Part shown: positions 23,450 through 32,724 of the stretch, piece after piece
How positions within the stretch are numbered: position 1 is the stretch's first letter
Layout: each line of letters starts with the position of its first letter
NCBI GenBank assembly: GCA_039029715.1
Contig: JBCCFN010000002.1
Location: 1-50,635, forward strand
From: Actinomycetota bacterium
GTDB taxonomy: Bacteria; Actinomycetota; Acidimicrobiia; Acidimicrobiales; SZUA-35
Length of the DNA stretch: 50,635 nucleotides
Direction of reading: 5' to 3'
Notes under the pieces: model-generated
Seen by the model: the letters and a program-made list of their open reading frames with translations, nothing else
Told to the model about the DNA's origin: nothing
The model's database searches: none
Position numbers and translations under genes: made by a program

Positions 23450-24112
23450 TCAGGAACCCCCGGGCCGGACCAGACCGTGCTCGTAGGCGAAGACCACCGC
23501 CTGGACCCGATCCCGCAGACCGAGCTTCGACAGCACGCTCGACACGTGGGTCTTGACCGTCGCCTCGCCGACGATCAACGCCTCGGCGATCTCCGCATTG
23601 CTGAGCCCCTGGGCCACCTGTTCCAGCACCTCCCGCTCCCGCTCGGTCAGCTCGTCGAGCCGATCGGACCGGGTCACCTTCGGCCCGGCGCCGGCGAAGG
23701 AGTCGATCACCCGGCCGGTGACGGTCGGGTCGAGCAGCGATCGCCCCTCGGCCACGATCCGGACCGCCTGGACCAGCTCCTCCGGTGGGGCGGTCTTCAG
23801 CAGGAAGCCGCTGGCCCCGGCCCGGAGCGCATCGAACAGGTAGGCGTCGCGCTGGAAGGTGGTGACGATCAGGATCCGAGCCCGGACATCGTCGTTGGCG
23901 GTGAGCGCGGCGGTGGCCTCGATGCCGTCCATGTCCGGCATCTGGACGTCCATCAACACCACGTCGACGTCGAGCTCCCGGCACAGGGCGATCGCCTGCT
24001 CGCCCGTCTCGGCCTCGCCGACGACCTCCAGATCTGGCTGGTTGTCGATCAAGAGCTTGAACCCGGCCCGGATCATGGCCTGGTCGTCTGCCAGGAGCAC
24101 CCGAATCGTCAT
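23450..24112 (-). CDS. NarL/LuxR-family response regulator
   Basis: From the ATG at 24112: MTIRVLLADDQAMIRAGF...DVVLMDVQMPDMDG (receiver domain), then the C-terminal LTEREREVLEQVAQGLSNAEIAEALIVGEATVKTHV HTH. Confidence 0.9.
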   Translation of the reverse strand: MTIRVLLADDQAMIRAGFKLLIDNQPDLEVVGEAETGEQAIALCRELDVDVVLMDVQMPDMDGIEATAALTANDDVRARILIVTTFQRDAYLFDALRAGASGFLLKTAPPEELVQAVRIVAEGRSLLDPTVTGRVIDSFAGAGPKVTRSDRLDELTEREREVLEQVAQGLSNAEIAEALIVGEATVKTHVSSVLSKLGLRDRVQAVVFAYEHGLVRPGGS

Positions 24113-25422
24113 TGCCCGACCACCTCGTACGGCAGCCGGGCCCGGACCAGCCACCCCGCGCCGTCCGGCCCGGCGGCGACCGTGCCGCCGTGGAGGGTCG
24201 CCCGCTCCCGCATGCCGACCAGGCCATGTCCGTGGCCGTTCGCCGGACCGCTGTCGGTGCCGTTGCGGGCCGGAGGGCGGCGGGCCGGGCCTCGATCGGC
24301 GACCCGGACCTCGACCTGCCGGTCGTCTGCGACGACGGACACCTCGGCCCGTCCGGCCGTGCTGTGCTTCATCACGTTGGTCAGCGCCTCCTGGACGATT
24401 CGATAGGCCGATACGTCGACCGACTGCGGGATGGCCCCGAGGTCGCCGCTGACGGTGACCTCGCAGTCGATGCCGACCCCGAGCGACGACCCGAGCGCAT
24501 CGAGGTGGCGCAGCGACGGGACCGGGGCCCGGTCATGACCATCTGGCGGGTCGTCGTCGCCGTCTCGGAGGAAGCCGAGCAGCCGCTGCAGTTCCAGCAC
24601 CGCGGTCCGGCCGGCCTGCTCGATCTGGTGGAGGGAGCCGGTGGCGGCCTCCGGGTCGGCGGCCACGATCTGGCGGGCCGCCCCGGCGTGGACGGTCATG
24701 GTGGTCACGTGGTGGGCGACGACGTCGTGGAGCTCCCGGGAGATCCGGACCCGCTCGTCGAGGACGGCCGCCCTGGCGGTTGCCGCTCGCTGCTCGGTCA
24801 GTTCCCGGTTGCGGACCGCCAGCTCGGCCGCCTGGGCGTCGAACCGGCGGACCAGGGCCGCCGCTCCGATCGCCACCGCCACCAGGATCACCGACTCCAA
24901 CGTCCCGACCAGCGATGTCAGGTCGACCAGCCGCTCCGGCGTCGCCTCGATCGTCGATGCACTGCTCAGGTTGGTGTTGACCCGATAGGCCGGCACGGTC
25001 ACCAGTGCGCCGACGGCGACGGCGACCAATGCCAGCGGCCGGAAACGGTCGGTCCGCCACAGGGCCCAGAAGACGGCGACGAGGAGCATGATCGTGGTGG
25101 CGAACTGGACCCGGATCACGAACGGGTACCGCCATTCGATCAGGAACACCACGACGCTGACCCCGACGAACGACGCGGTCGGATACCAGTGCCTAGCGAC
25201 CAGGATCGCCACCCCGACCAGGCCGAGGACTGCGGCGATGACCAGACGATCGTCTGTCTCGTAGAGGGCCAGGAAGAAGTTGCGGGTCCCGGGGGCGACG
25301 TCGGCCAGCGAGGCCCGGGCGGCCAGGAAGCCAACCGTCCACGACACGGTCAACACCGCAACCAGCACCACCTCGAACGGCCAGGACCAGACGCCGTGGG
25401 ACCGGACGGTCGACCAGGTCAC
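24109..25422 (-). CDS. sensor histidine kinase (HisKA_3 / NarX-LiaS type), polytopic N-terminus
   Basis: H-box ISRELHDVVAHHVTTMTVHAG. ATPase blocks QEALTNVMKHS and NGHGHGLVGMRERA. About five N-terminal TM segments. The start is the GTG at 25422 (GTGA overlap with the upstream gene), and there is an ATGA overlap with the RR gene. Confidence 0.85.
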   Translation of the reverse strand: MTWSTVRSHGVWSWPFEVVLVAVLTVSWTVGFLAARASLADVAPGTRNFFLALYETDDRLVIAAVLGLVGVAILVARHWYPTASFVGVSVVVFLIEWRYPFVIRVQFATTIMLLVAVFWALWRTDRFRPLALVAVAVGALVTVPAYRVNTNLSSASTIEATPERLVDLTSLVGTLESVILVAVAIGAAALVRRFDAQAAELAVRNRELTEQRAATARAAVLDERVRISRELHDVVAHHVTTMTVHAGAARQIVAADPEAATGSLHQIEQAGRTAVLELQRLLGFLRDGDDDPPDGHDRAPVPSLRHLDALGSSLGVGIDCEVTVSGDLGAIPQSVDVSAYRIVQEALTNVMKHSTAGRAEVSVVADDRQVEVRVADRGPARRPPARNGTDSGPANGHGHGLVGMRERATLHGGTVAAGPDGAGWLVRARLPYEVVGQ

Positions 25423-26741
25423 CGGCCGGCCTCCATCCGCTCCGCGGTGGCCACGGCCAACGCCGCCATGTCCGGCTCGTCCCCCCGGATCCCGAGGAAC
25501 TCCCAACCGAGCAGCTCGGTCCCGGTCCAGGTGACGGCGGTGATGCCGGCGACATCGATCTGGATGTCATTGTCCGGATCGATCGTCTGGGTCATCGAGA
25601 TGTCGAGCAGGAACACCCGACGCCCATCGACGTCGACCTCGGTCGCCTCACCACCGAGGTAGGCGACCTCGCCGAGCAGCTGATCCTTGATCCGGACGAA
25701 GATACAGGACGGCATCATGTCAGACATCGCGTCCAGGGCGGCCTCGGCCTCGGCGTCGCTCCCATAGGTCACCCCCCGCTGGATCAGCGCACTGATGCCC
25801 TGGTCGGTTGCCCACACCGGACCGCTGAGCTCGACCAGTCCGGCGTCCGGGCCGCCGCAGGTGCTGTCGAACGACGGGGTCAGCACCGCCGGCTGGAACA
25901 GCTCGTAGAACGCCGCCGGCGATTCCTCGGCCGGCACCGCAGTCCGCAGCCGATCGACAGCGGCATCGACGGTTGGGTCGGTCGGCGCATCGCCGGCCCA
26001 CTCGACCCCACCGGCAACCAGCTCGGTCAGTCGCTGATGGTCATCGCCGAGGAGGGAGACCTCGATCGTGATCACCGCATCGGCCTGGCGGTAGACGGTG
26101 GTGGTGACATCCAGCTCGAAGTCAGACCCGGGCCCGGTCAGGGTCAGGCTCCATCGACGGGTGAAGCCACCGCGGTCGGCGAGCAGGCTGGCCTCGACCC
26201 CCTCGGGTGGCCGCACGTCCAGTTCGTCATAGACCCCGTCGTCGATGACCGTCTCCCGCAGTTCGGCGAGGCCGTCGTCGATGCAACGGTCGTGGTCCGG
26301 GCCGAGCCGTTGCTCGATGGCGGCATCCGCCTCGGCCTCGCTCCGATAGAGGTCGACGTTGAGGGCCACCGTCTCCGAGGTCGCCGGGTTGAGATAGGTC
26401 CGCACCAGCTCGGCCGCCGGGTCGCCGAACCGACACGACGCCGGCGGGGCGTCCGGTTGGGCGAACGGCATCCAGGTCCCGTCGAGCGTGTCGTTGATCA
26501 TCACCGCCTCGGCGATGGCCAGTCCGGCGGCGCCCCCGCCGCCCCCGTACTCCAGGCGCCCCAGATCAGTGGCACCGGACGCCGCCCCGGTCGCGGTCGA
26601 TGCCCCCGCCTCGTCCGAGGACGCGGCGTCGGTCGACCCGCAGGCCGCGCCGACGACGGTGATGGCGATGACCACGACCGCGAACACCAGCCGACCCCGG
26701 CGACCGAAGCGGGCCGGGGTCGTTGGGTGGGCGGTCGCCAT
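25419..26741 (-). CDS. lipoprotein of unknown function, translationally coupled to the histidine kinase
   Basis: From the ATG at 26741: MATAHPTTPARFGRRGRLVFAVVVIAITVVGAACGSTD (lipobox). No catalytic motif recognised. Confidence 0.6.
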   Translation of the reverse strand: MATAHPTTPARFGRRGRLVFAVVVIAITVVGAACGSTDAASSDEAGASTATGAASGATDLGRLEYGGGGGAAGLAIAEAVMINDTLDGTWMPFAQPDAPPASCRFGDPAAELVRTYLNPATSETVALNVDLYRSEAEADAAIEQRLGPDHDRCIDDGLAELRETVIDDGVYDELDVRPPEGVEASLLADRGGFTRRWSLTLTGPGSDFELDVTTTVYRQADAVITIEVSLLGDDHQRLTELVAGGVEWAGDAPTDPTVDAAVDRLRTAVPAEESPAAFYELFQPAVLTPSFDSTCGGPDAGLVELSGPVWATDQGISALIQRGVTYGSDAEAEAALDAMSDMMPSCIFVRIKDQLLGEVAYLGGEATEVDVDGRRVFLLDISMTQTIDPDNDIQIDVAGITAVTWTGTELLGWEFLGIRGDEPDMAALAVATAERMEAGR

Positions 26742-26773
26742 GGCCGAAGCGTAGCCCCGGTCCCGACCGCCGT

Positions 26774-28090
26774 TCACGAGCGGAACGGGGCGCACCCGGT
26801 CACCAGCAGCTGGTCGCCCGCCGTCTCGACCGTCCGGCCATCGGCCCGGTCGGCCCAGGCATCGATCGGGGCCCGAAGTTCGTCCAGGTCGGCCGGGGTG
26901 TCCGCCGCCAGTGCCATCCGGATGCAGGACTCGGTGTCATCGCCCCACAGGACCGAACTCCCGCCGGCCCAGCCGTCGGCTGCGGTGAGCGCAGCGGTGA
27001 CGGCGGCCGGGCTCGGTTGGAGCGAGTCGCCGGCCAGCCAGACGACCAGGTCGGCTGCGCCGAACGAACCCTCCGACAGCACGTCGCCGTCGGCGGCGGG
27101 GACCGGGACCTCGATGATCGCCTCGTCGGCCGGCGTGTCCGGGAACAGGACGTGCTCGCTCGATGCCGGTTGCTCCTCGTAGTCGTCCCAGGTCTCGGCC
27201 GCCCCGCCGGTACTGACGATGTAGGCCTGACCGACGCCGTAGGGAAGCGTGAGTGCGTTCACGAAGGCCGGCGGGACGGCGGCGACCGTCTCCGGCACCT
27301 CGCCGAGCTCCGGGACGACCCCATTTGCCATCATCCAGGCGTTCTGGACCGCGGTGGCTCGACCCTCGATGATGGCGGTGGTGACGAAACCGGATTCGGT
27401 GTCGTCTGATGTCTCCAACTCGTCGATGAGCGCCCCGAGGTCGATGTACTGCCCGTCGAGGGCGTGCAACAGCTCGTGGACGACCAGGGAACGAAACGCC
27501 CCGTCGATGGTGACGTCGCCCGGGATGTAGACCGCATCGGTCTCGGGGTCGTAGTAACCGTTGATGGCGTCCGCGCTGGTGATGAACGCCTGCAGGTTTG
27601 CCGACAGCTCGTCAGGGGTCTGCTCGCTCAGCCCGAGCGCCTGATAGAACCGGGCCGACTCCTCCCCGTCCTCGACCATGCCGTCGACCTGGTCGCCGAA
27701 CCGGTCGGCGAGTCCCTGCTCGTAGGTGGCCCGGTCCTGGGCCACGATCGTCGGCGGGTAGCGGAACTCCCGCCCGGCCTCGGCCTCGATGAAGGCCATC
27801 ATGTCGTTGACCTCGCTGGTGGTCAGCGGCAGGACCCCGTCGAGCACGAACCGGGCCTCGACGGTCGCACCACCAGCGCCGGCCTGGTCGTCCGGCTCCG
27901 GCTCGGCCGCAACCGTCGTGGCGGTGGTCGCCACGGTCGTGGTGGCCGCAACCGAACCGGCCGTATCGGAGCTCTGGTCGGCCTCGGCGTCCGCGTCATC
28001 GCCGATGCAGGCCGTCGCCAACACGGCGATCAGGGCCGCCAGCAGGGCGACCGCACAGGACCCCCAATCCACTCGTCTCGAGCACCGCAT
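26774..28090 (-). CDS. lipoprotein with an HExxH...E (gluzincin-like) motif; putative metallopeptidase
   Basis: The ATG at 28090 is preceded by the GGAAGGAG Shine-Dalgarno. [32 protein letters not shown] (lipobox). [14 protein letters not shown]...AIIEGRA. Confidence 0.65.
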   Translation of the reverse strand: MRCSRRVDWGSCAVALLAALIAVLATACIGDDADAEADQSSDTAGSVAATTTVATTATTVAAEPEPDDQAGAGGATVEARFVLDGVLPLTTSEVNDMMAFIEAEAGREFRYPPTIVAQDRATYEQGLADRFGDQVDGMVEDGEESARFYQALGLSEQTPDELSANLQAFITSADAINGYYDPETDAVYIPGDVTIDGAFRSLVVHELLHALDGQYIDLGALIDELETSDDTESGFVTTAIIEGRATAVQNAWMMANGVVPELGEVPETVAAVPPAFVNALTLPYGVGQAYIVSTGGAAETWDDYEEQPASSEHVLFPDTPADEAIIEVPVPAADGDVLSEGSFGAADLVVWLAGDSLQPSPAAVTAALTAADGWAGGSSVLWGDDTESCIRMALAADTPADLDELRAPIDAWADRADGRTVETAGDQLLVTGCAPFRS

Positions 28091-28170
28091 CCCGTCTCCT
28101 TCCGTCATCGCCCGTGACGAGCGCTGATCTCGCTGACCTCGAAGACGACGGTAGGAAACGGCGCGATCGG

Positions 28171-28228
28171 CCCACATCGGCCACACGACGGATGTGGGTT
28201 CTCCCCCTGGAGGCGGAGAACCCACATC
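28171..28228. repeat. three-part inverted repeat (8-bp and 14-bp alternative stems)
   Basis: CCCACATC (28171-78), GATGTGGGTTCTCC (28191-204) and GGAGAACCCACATC (28215-228). The middle element is perfectly complementary to both flanking elements. Confidence 0.6.
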
Positions 28229-28314
28229 GAGGCGGCACGTTGGTCCAGATTTCGACAACATCAATAGGCCTTTTGCTTATGGTCCGATACTCAACTGGAT
28301 CCCGACGTCGACCG

Positions 28315-29709
28315 ATGAACAGAACATGGGGAATTGCCGGCGAAGCACGAAGGTCGCAGCTGATGGGTAGGTGGCGACGGCCAGGAAACCGGCGGATACT
28401 TCGCGCCGTCATGCGGTCCCAGGCCAGGATCGTCTTCCGACCAGACGGGACGATCGTCGACGCCAACCGGGCCTTCCTCCAGACCGTCGGCTATCAGCGA
28501 TCAGACATCGTCGGCCGGAACCACTCGATGTTCGTCGACCCGATCGAGGCGGCCGGTGAGGACTACACCGAGTTCTGGAACGCCCTCCGCCGCGGCGAAC
28601 TCCAGGCTGCGGAGTTCCGTCGGCTCGGCCGCGGCGATCGAGAGGTCTGGATCCAGGCGACCTACACCCCGATCTGTGGCCTGCGGGGCCAGGTCCGCTA
28701 CATCGTCAAGTTGGCCACAGACGTCACCAAGCGCAAGCAGTCCCAGCGCCAGGTCCAGGATCGGTCCCAGGCCCTGATCGAGTTCAAGCCGGACGGGACC
28801 ATCCTCGGCGCCAACGACCTGTTCCTCTCCTGTGTCGGCTACCCGCTGGAGGAGATCCGGGGCGCCCACCACCGGATCTTCATGCCCCCCGGTCAGGCCG
28901 ACACGCCGGAGTACGCCGAGTTCTGGAGCCGGCTGGCGGCCGGCGAGTACCGGCAGGGCGAGTTCCAGCGGGTGTCGAAGGCCGGCGACGAGATCTGGCT
29001 CCGAGGCGTCTACAACCCGATCTTCGGGACCAGCGGTGAGGTCGTCCGGGTGGTCAAGGCGGTGTCGGACATCACCGAAGAGGTCAGCGCCAGACATGCC
29101 GCAGACGAGGTCGGCGCCGACATCGCCCGAGGGGTGACCGACCTGTCCACCTCGACCGATGAACTGGCAAACGCGTTCTCCCGGACCGCGGTCCTGGCCA
29201 GCGAGGTCGAGGCGGAGAGCGCATCGGCGGCCCAGACCGCCAAGGAGCTCGACACCAAGGGCGTCACGGTAGAAGCGGTCAGCCACACCATTCAGGCCCT
29301 GGCCAAGCAGACCAACCTGCTCGCCCTCAACGCGACCATCGAGGCCGCCAGAGCGGGCGCCGCCGGACACGGGTTCACCGTGGTGGCCAAGGAGGTCAAG
29401 CAGTTGGCAAACGCCACCAGCGCCGCGGCCAACGACATCGGGGCGACGATGCAGGACATCAAGAGCGGTATCTCGAACGTGACCTCGTCGATCACCACCA
29501 TCGCCTCGACCGCGACCGACGTGACCTCGATGGCGACCCAGGCCGCAACGGCGCTGGAGGAACAGTCGGCGGTCATGGCCGGGATGCGGCACTCGGCCCA
29601 GCGGCTCCTTCATGCCGATGAGATCGCCGTTGCGGTCCCGACCCCCGGTCCGACACCGAGCTCAGCAGCCGATGAGGCTGGACTCCTCCCGGCGGACGAG
29701 GCCAGGTAG
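28315..29709 (+). CDS. soluble PAS-PAS methyl-accepting chemotaxis-type signalling protein
   Basis: Two PAS repeats: [27 protein letters not shown]...[11 protein letters not shown] and [25 protein letters not shown]...[14 protein letters not shown] hairpin tip [33 protein letters not shown]. No TM segment. The start is uncertain (ATG at 28315 or 28363). Confidence 0.8.
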   Translation: MNRTWGIAGEARRSQLMGRWRRPGNRRILRAVMRSQARIVFRPDGTIVDANRAFLQTVGYQRSDIVGRNHSMFVDPIEAAGEDYTEFWNALRRGELQAAEFRRLGRGDREVWIQATYTPICGLRGQVRYIVKLATDVTKRKQSQRQVQDRSQALIEFKPDGTILGANDLFLSCVGYPLEEIRGAHHRIFMPPGQADTPEYAEFWSRLAAGEYRQGEFQRVSKAGDEIWLRGVYNPIFGTSGEVVRVVKAVSDITEEVSARHAADEVGADIARGVTDLSTSTDELANAFSRTAVLASEVEAESASAAQTAKELDTKGVTVEAVSHTIQALAKQTNLLALNATIEAARAGAAGHGFTVVAKEVKQLANATSAAANDIGATMQDIKSGISNVTSSITTIASTATDVTSMATQAATALEEQSAVMAGMRHSAQRLLHADEIAVAVPTPGPTPSSAADEAGLLPADEAR

Positions 29710-30324
29710 AACCGGTTCCACCTGATAGACGCCACAGCGGTCGGCGCCACCGTTCCCGCCGAAGGTGAAGTCCCAGATCTCGACCTCGACCCCCGCCCCG
29801 CCGACCCCCGGGCGAATGTCCGCCGCCTGCGGGCCGACCGACCAGGGTACGACGACGGCCAAGACGGTCAGCAGGAGCGCCGCCGCCCCGGCCGAGCCGA
29901 GGCGGAGACGGGCGGGGACCGATCGGCCCGGCGTCACCCGCCACAACACCAGGCCGACCAGCACGGCCTCCGCCACCAGGATGACCCACGGCGGGGGGCC
30001 GAGCAGCCGATAGGGGTTCATCGGCGCGTCCCGATGGGACAGGACCAGAGACCAGTAGGTCAACAACCGGAGCACGAGCAGTGCGGCCTGGACCAGCAGG
30101 CCGAACCGGCCGAGCCACACCACCGACGCAGCCACCGCGGTCAGGACGGCCCAGGACAGGACCAGCAGGTAGGCCAGCGAGACCCCGGCATCGTCCCGAG
30201 GCGCCACCCCGCCGAGCACCGCCAGTGCGAAGACCAGCTGCATCGCCACCAGCGCCACCAGCCCGGTGCGGCCCGACCTTGGGGACCGACCGACACCCTG
30301 GTCCTCCGCCTTGGTCTCGACCAC
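29662..30324 (-). CDS. integral membrane protein, unknown function
   Basis: GTG start with strong GC3 bias. About five hydrophobic helices followed by a short soluble tail. There is a 48-nt convergent overlap with the MCP 3' end. Confidence 0.6.
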   Translation of the reverse strand: MVETKAEDQGVGRSPRSGRTGLVALVAMQLVFALAVLGGVAPRDDAGVSLAYLLVLSWAVLTAVAASVVWLGRFGLLVQAALLVLRLLTYWSLVLSHRDAPMNPYRLLGPPPWVILVAEAVLVGLVLWRVTPGRSVPARLRLGSAGAAALLLTVLAVVVPWSVGPQAADIRPGVGGAGVEVEIWDFTFGGNGGADRCGVYQVEPVLPGLVRREESSLIGC

Positions 30325-30377
30325 GACCGAGAGCCTAGTGAGGGTCCTGGCAACCCGCCGGTCACCGCCGTGGCACG

Positions 30378-31031
30378 ATGGGCCCGATGTCTACCGAGGT
30401 CCGAGCCGCCTATGACGCCATGGCCGAGCGCTACGCCGCCCTCTTCCTGACCGACCTCGACCAGGATGACAACGCTCGGGCCTGGTTGGCATCGTTCGCA
30501 GCGCTGGCCGCCGGGCGCCGGGGCCCCGTCGCCGACCTCGGCTGCGGGCCGGGCCACGTGGTCGACCACCTGAGCGGGCTCGGCCTCGACGTCGTCGGCT
30601 ACGACCTCTCGCCGGGCCAGGTCGCCCAGGCCCGCCTGGCCTTCCCGGCCGAGCGATTCGACGTCTGCGACCTGACCGCCATCGATCGACCGGACCGCTC
30701 GCTTGGCGGGATCGTCTCCCGGTACTCGATCATCCACCTCGACCCGTCGACCATCGCGGGCACCTTCGGCGAGTGGTACCGGGTGCTGGAGCGGGGGGCA
30801 CCGGTCCTGGTCTCGTTCTTCGGCTCCCTCACCGCAGACGCCCACGGGACCCCCTTCGACCACAAGGTCGTCACCGCCCACGAACTGTTCCCGGCCGAGA
30901 TCGCCCGGTTGCTGACCACGGTCGGGTTCGGTGACGTCGAGGTCGGCGTCCTACCGGCACCGGACGATGCGCTCCGGCCGTTCGATCAGGCGACGATCAT
31001 GGCCCGCGTCCCCGGGCCGATTCGGCAGTGA
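30378..31031 (+). CDS. class I SAM-dependent methyltransferase
   Basis: Motif I VADLGCGPGHV and post-I VVGYDLSP, in a Methyltransf_11/25-like layout. Confidence 0.8.
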   Translation: MGPMSTEVRAAYDAMAERYAALFLTDLDQDDNARAWLASFAALAAGRRGPVADLGCGPGHVVDHLSGLGLDVVGYDLSPGQVAQARLAFPAERFDVCDLTAIDRPDRSLGGIVSRYSIIHLDPSTIAGTFGEWYRVLERGAPVLVSFFGSLTADAHGTPFDHKVVTAHELFPAEIARLLTTVGFGDVEVGVLPAPDDALRPFDQATIMARVPGPIRQ

Positions 31032-31919
31032 TCAGGAGTCACCCCGCCGGCGCTCCCGGACAGTCCGGAAGGCCTCGATCGTCTGTTGCCTCGCCGCCTC
31101 GACGATGGCCGACCCGGCGTCAGGCCGGGTCCGGGGGAAGCCGTCTGCCGCTTCCAATGCCGCAGCGTCCGGTCGGAGGACCAGGGTCCGACTCCCGGCC
31201 GCCCGAATCGTCCTGACCTCGTCGTCGAGGGTCCGGCGGGCCCGGGCCCGGATCGGTCCCCGGCCGGGCCTCGCCATCGGGGCGGCGATGAGCACGACAT
31301 CGTGGCCTTCGGCCGCGACGACATCGGCATGGGTCGAGGAGGCAACCGCCCCGTCGACGTAGCGGGCACCGTCGATCACCTTCGGCTGGAACACCGCCGG
31401 CACCGCCGAGGTGGCCTCGATGGCATCCCCAAGGGTGCACGGGATCGAATCCCGGCCGAAGACCACGACCTGACCGTCGTCGAGTCGAACGCTCGGGATC
31501 CACAGCGGGTCCGGCCACGGCACGTCAGCGCCGAACCGCCGGAGGAAGATCGTCGGGAAGAACCCGCCGGGCAGCATGCCGACCAGGGCGGTGACCACAC
31601 CGACCTGACCAACCCGGCGGACCAGGCCCGGCGCCACCGGCCGCAGGCTGGACAGCGGGTTGCGAAGTGCGTCGGAGCCGGCGCTCCGCATCCGCTCCTG
31701 GTCCTCACCGCTCGGCGGGGTCGAGATGAGGTCAAGGACCTTCTCGGTCGGGGTCCCGGTCAGCAGCGTGGCGGCGATGGCGGCCCCGGCCGAGGTCCCG
31801 ACGATGCGATCGGCGTTTGCCGGCTCCCGACCGATGGCGTCCCGGACCCCCTCGATGATCCCGAGGTGGTAGGCCCACCCGAGCGGGCCCCCGGCGCCGA
31901 GGACGATGGCGACCGTCAT
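31032..31919 (-). CDS. patatin-like phospholipase
   Basis: Oxyanion GAGGPLGWAYHLG (GxGxxG), nucleophile elbow GTSAGA (GxSxG), and the later DGA of the Ser-Asp dyad (YVDGAV). Confidence 0.85.
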   Translation of the reverse strand: MTVAIVLGAGGPLGWAYHLGIIEGVRDAIGREPANADRIVGTSAGAAIAATLLTGTPTEKVLDLISTPPSGEDQERMRSAGSDALRNPLSSLRPVAPGLVRRVGQVGVVTALVGMLPGGFFPTIFLRRFGADVPWPDPLWIPSVRLDDGQVVVFGRDSIPCTLGDAIEATSAVPAVFQPKVIDGARYVDGAVASSTHADVVAAEGHDVVLIAAPMARPGRGPIRARARRTLDDEVRTIRAAGSRTLVLRPDAAALEAADGFPRTRPDAGSAIVEAARQQTIEAFRTVRERRRGDS

Positions 31920-31944
31920 CGGTCGATCCGGCCCGTCCTGCCGA

Positions 31945-32709
31945 TCATGCGAAGTGGCTCGTCGGTCGAGGCTGGCGTTCCCCGTCGATGTCGATGTCGA
32001 CGATCTCGTTGTAGAAGCAGATCAGACCGGCGATCGGCGTCACCTCCGGCCGGGGCAGGACGTAGGTCCAGGCGATGTCGTCAACCGTCCGATCCCCGAC
32101 CCGGGCCGAGTAGAAGTCGGCGTCCCCTTTGTAGGGGCAGGACGCCCGGCGGCGACTGCGGGTCAGCAGCTCGAGGTTGACGTCGGTCATCGGCAGGTAG
32201 AACCGGGCCGGCGCGCCGGTCTCGAACAGCACGGTCGGCTTGCGGGAGTTTGCGAGCTCCACCCCGTCGAGGGAGACGACGACATGGCGGGACGATGCGA
32301 GTGCATCGACCCGCGTGTATGGGCTGCGGGGATGGACGAAGACCTCGACGTCCTCCTCGAACCAGTGGTCGAGGGCCTTGAAGTCGATCGTCACGTAGTC
32401 GGCGAGCTCGGGGTCGTCCGGGTAGCCGCGGGCGGCGCCGGCCAACACGCGATCTCCGACGACGAGGTCGTAGCGGACCGCACCCGCCGGGAGAGCGGGA
32501 CCGCGATCGGGCGCGGCCGCAGCCATCAGCTCGGCCGCGACGTGGTCACGGGGGAAGAACCACCACGGCCAGTACGGGAGCTCCCAGACGAACAGGTACC
32601 GCCGGGAGTCGACGATCGTCCGGCCGTCGAGCAGCCCCCGGATCCACTTGTCGCCGGGAACCAGCTGTGGGACCCCAGCCGGTGTGGTCGACGGTTCGTC
32701 AACGGCCAT
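31945..32709 (-). CDS. tandem DUF427 domain protein
   Basis: The C-terminal copy is canonical: VVVSLDGVELANSRKPTVLFETGAPARFYLP...CPYKGDADFYS...DIAWTYVLPRPEVTPIAGLICFYNE. The N-terminal copy is degenerate. Confidence 0.75.
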   Translation of the reverse strand: MAVDEPSTTPAGVPQLVPGDKWIRGLLDGRTIVDSRRYLFVWELPYWPWWFFPRDHVAAELMAAAAPDRGPALPAGAVRYDLVVGDRVLAGAARGYPDDPELADYVTIDFKALDHWFEEDVEVFVHPRSPYTRVDALASSRHVVVSLDGVELANSRKPTVLFETGAPARFYLPMTDVNLELLTRSRRRASCPYKGDADFYSARVGDRTVDDIAWTYVLPRPEVTPIAGLICFYNEIVDIDIDGERQPRPTSHFA

Positions 32710-32724
32710 CGCGCTCCTCCTCGA

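Noticed and set aside
31032-31919. Patatin-like phospholipase as a possible CBASS-type (CapV-like) defence effector.
   Set aside because: No CD-NTase/cGAS-like gene, cyclic-nucleotide sensor or other defence gene lies adjacent. The neighbours are metabolic genes (DUF427, Rieske-TPP, methyltransferase).
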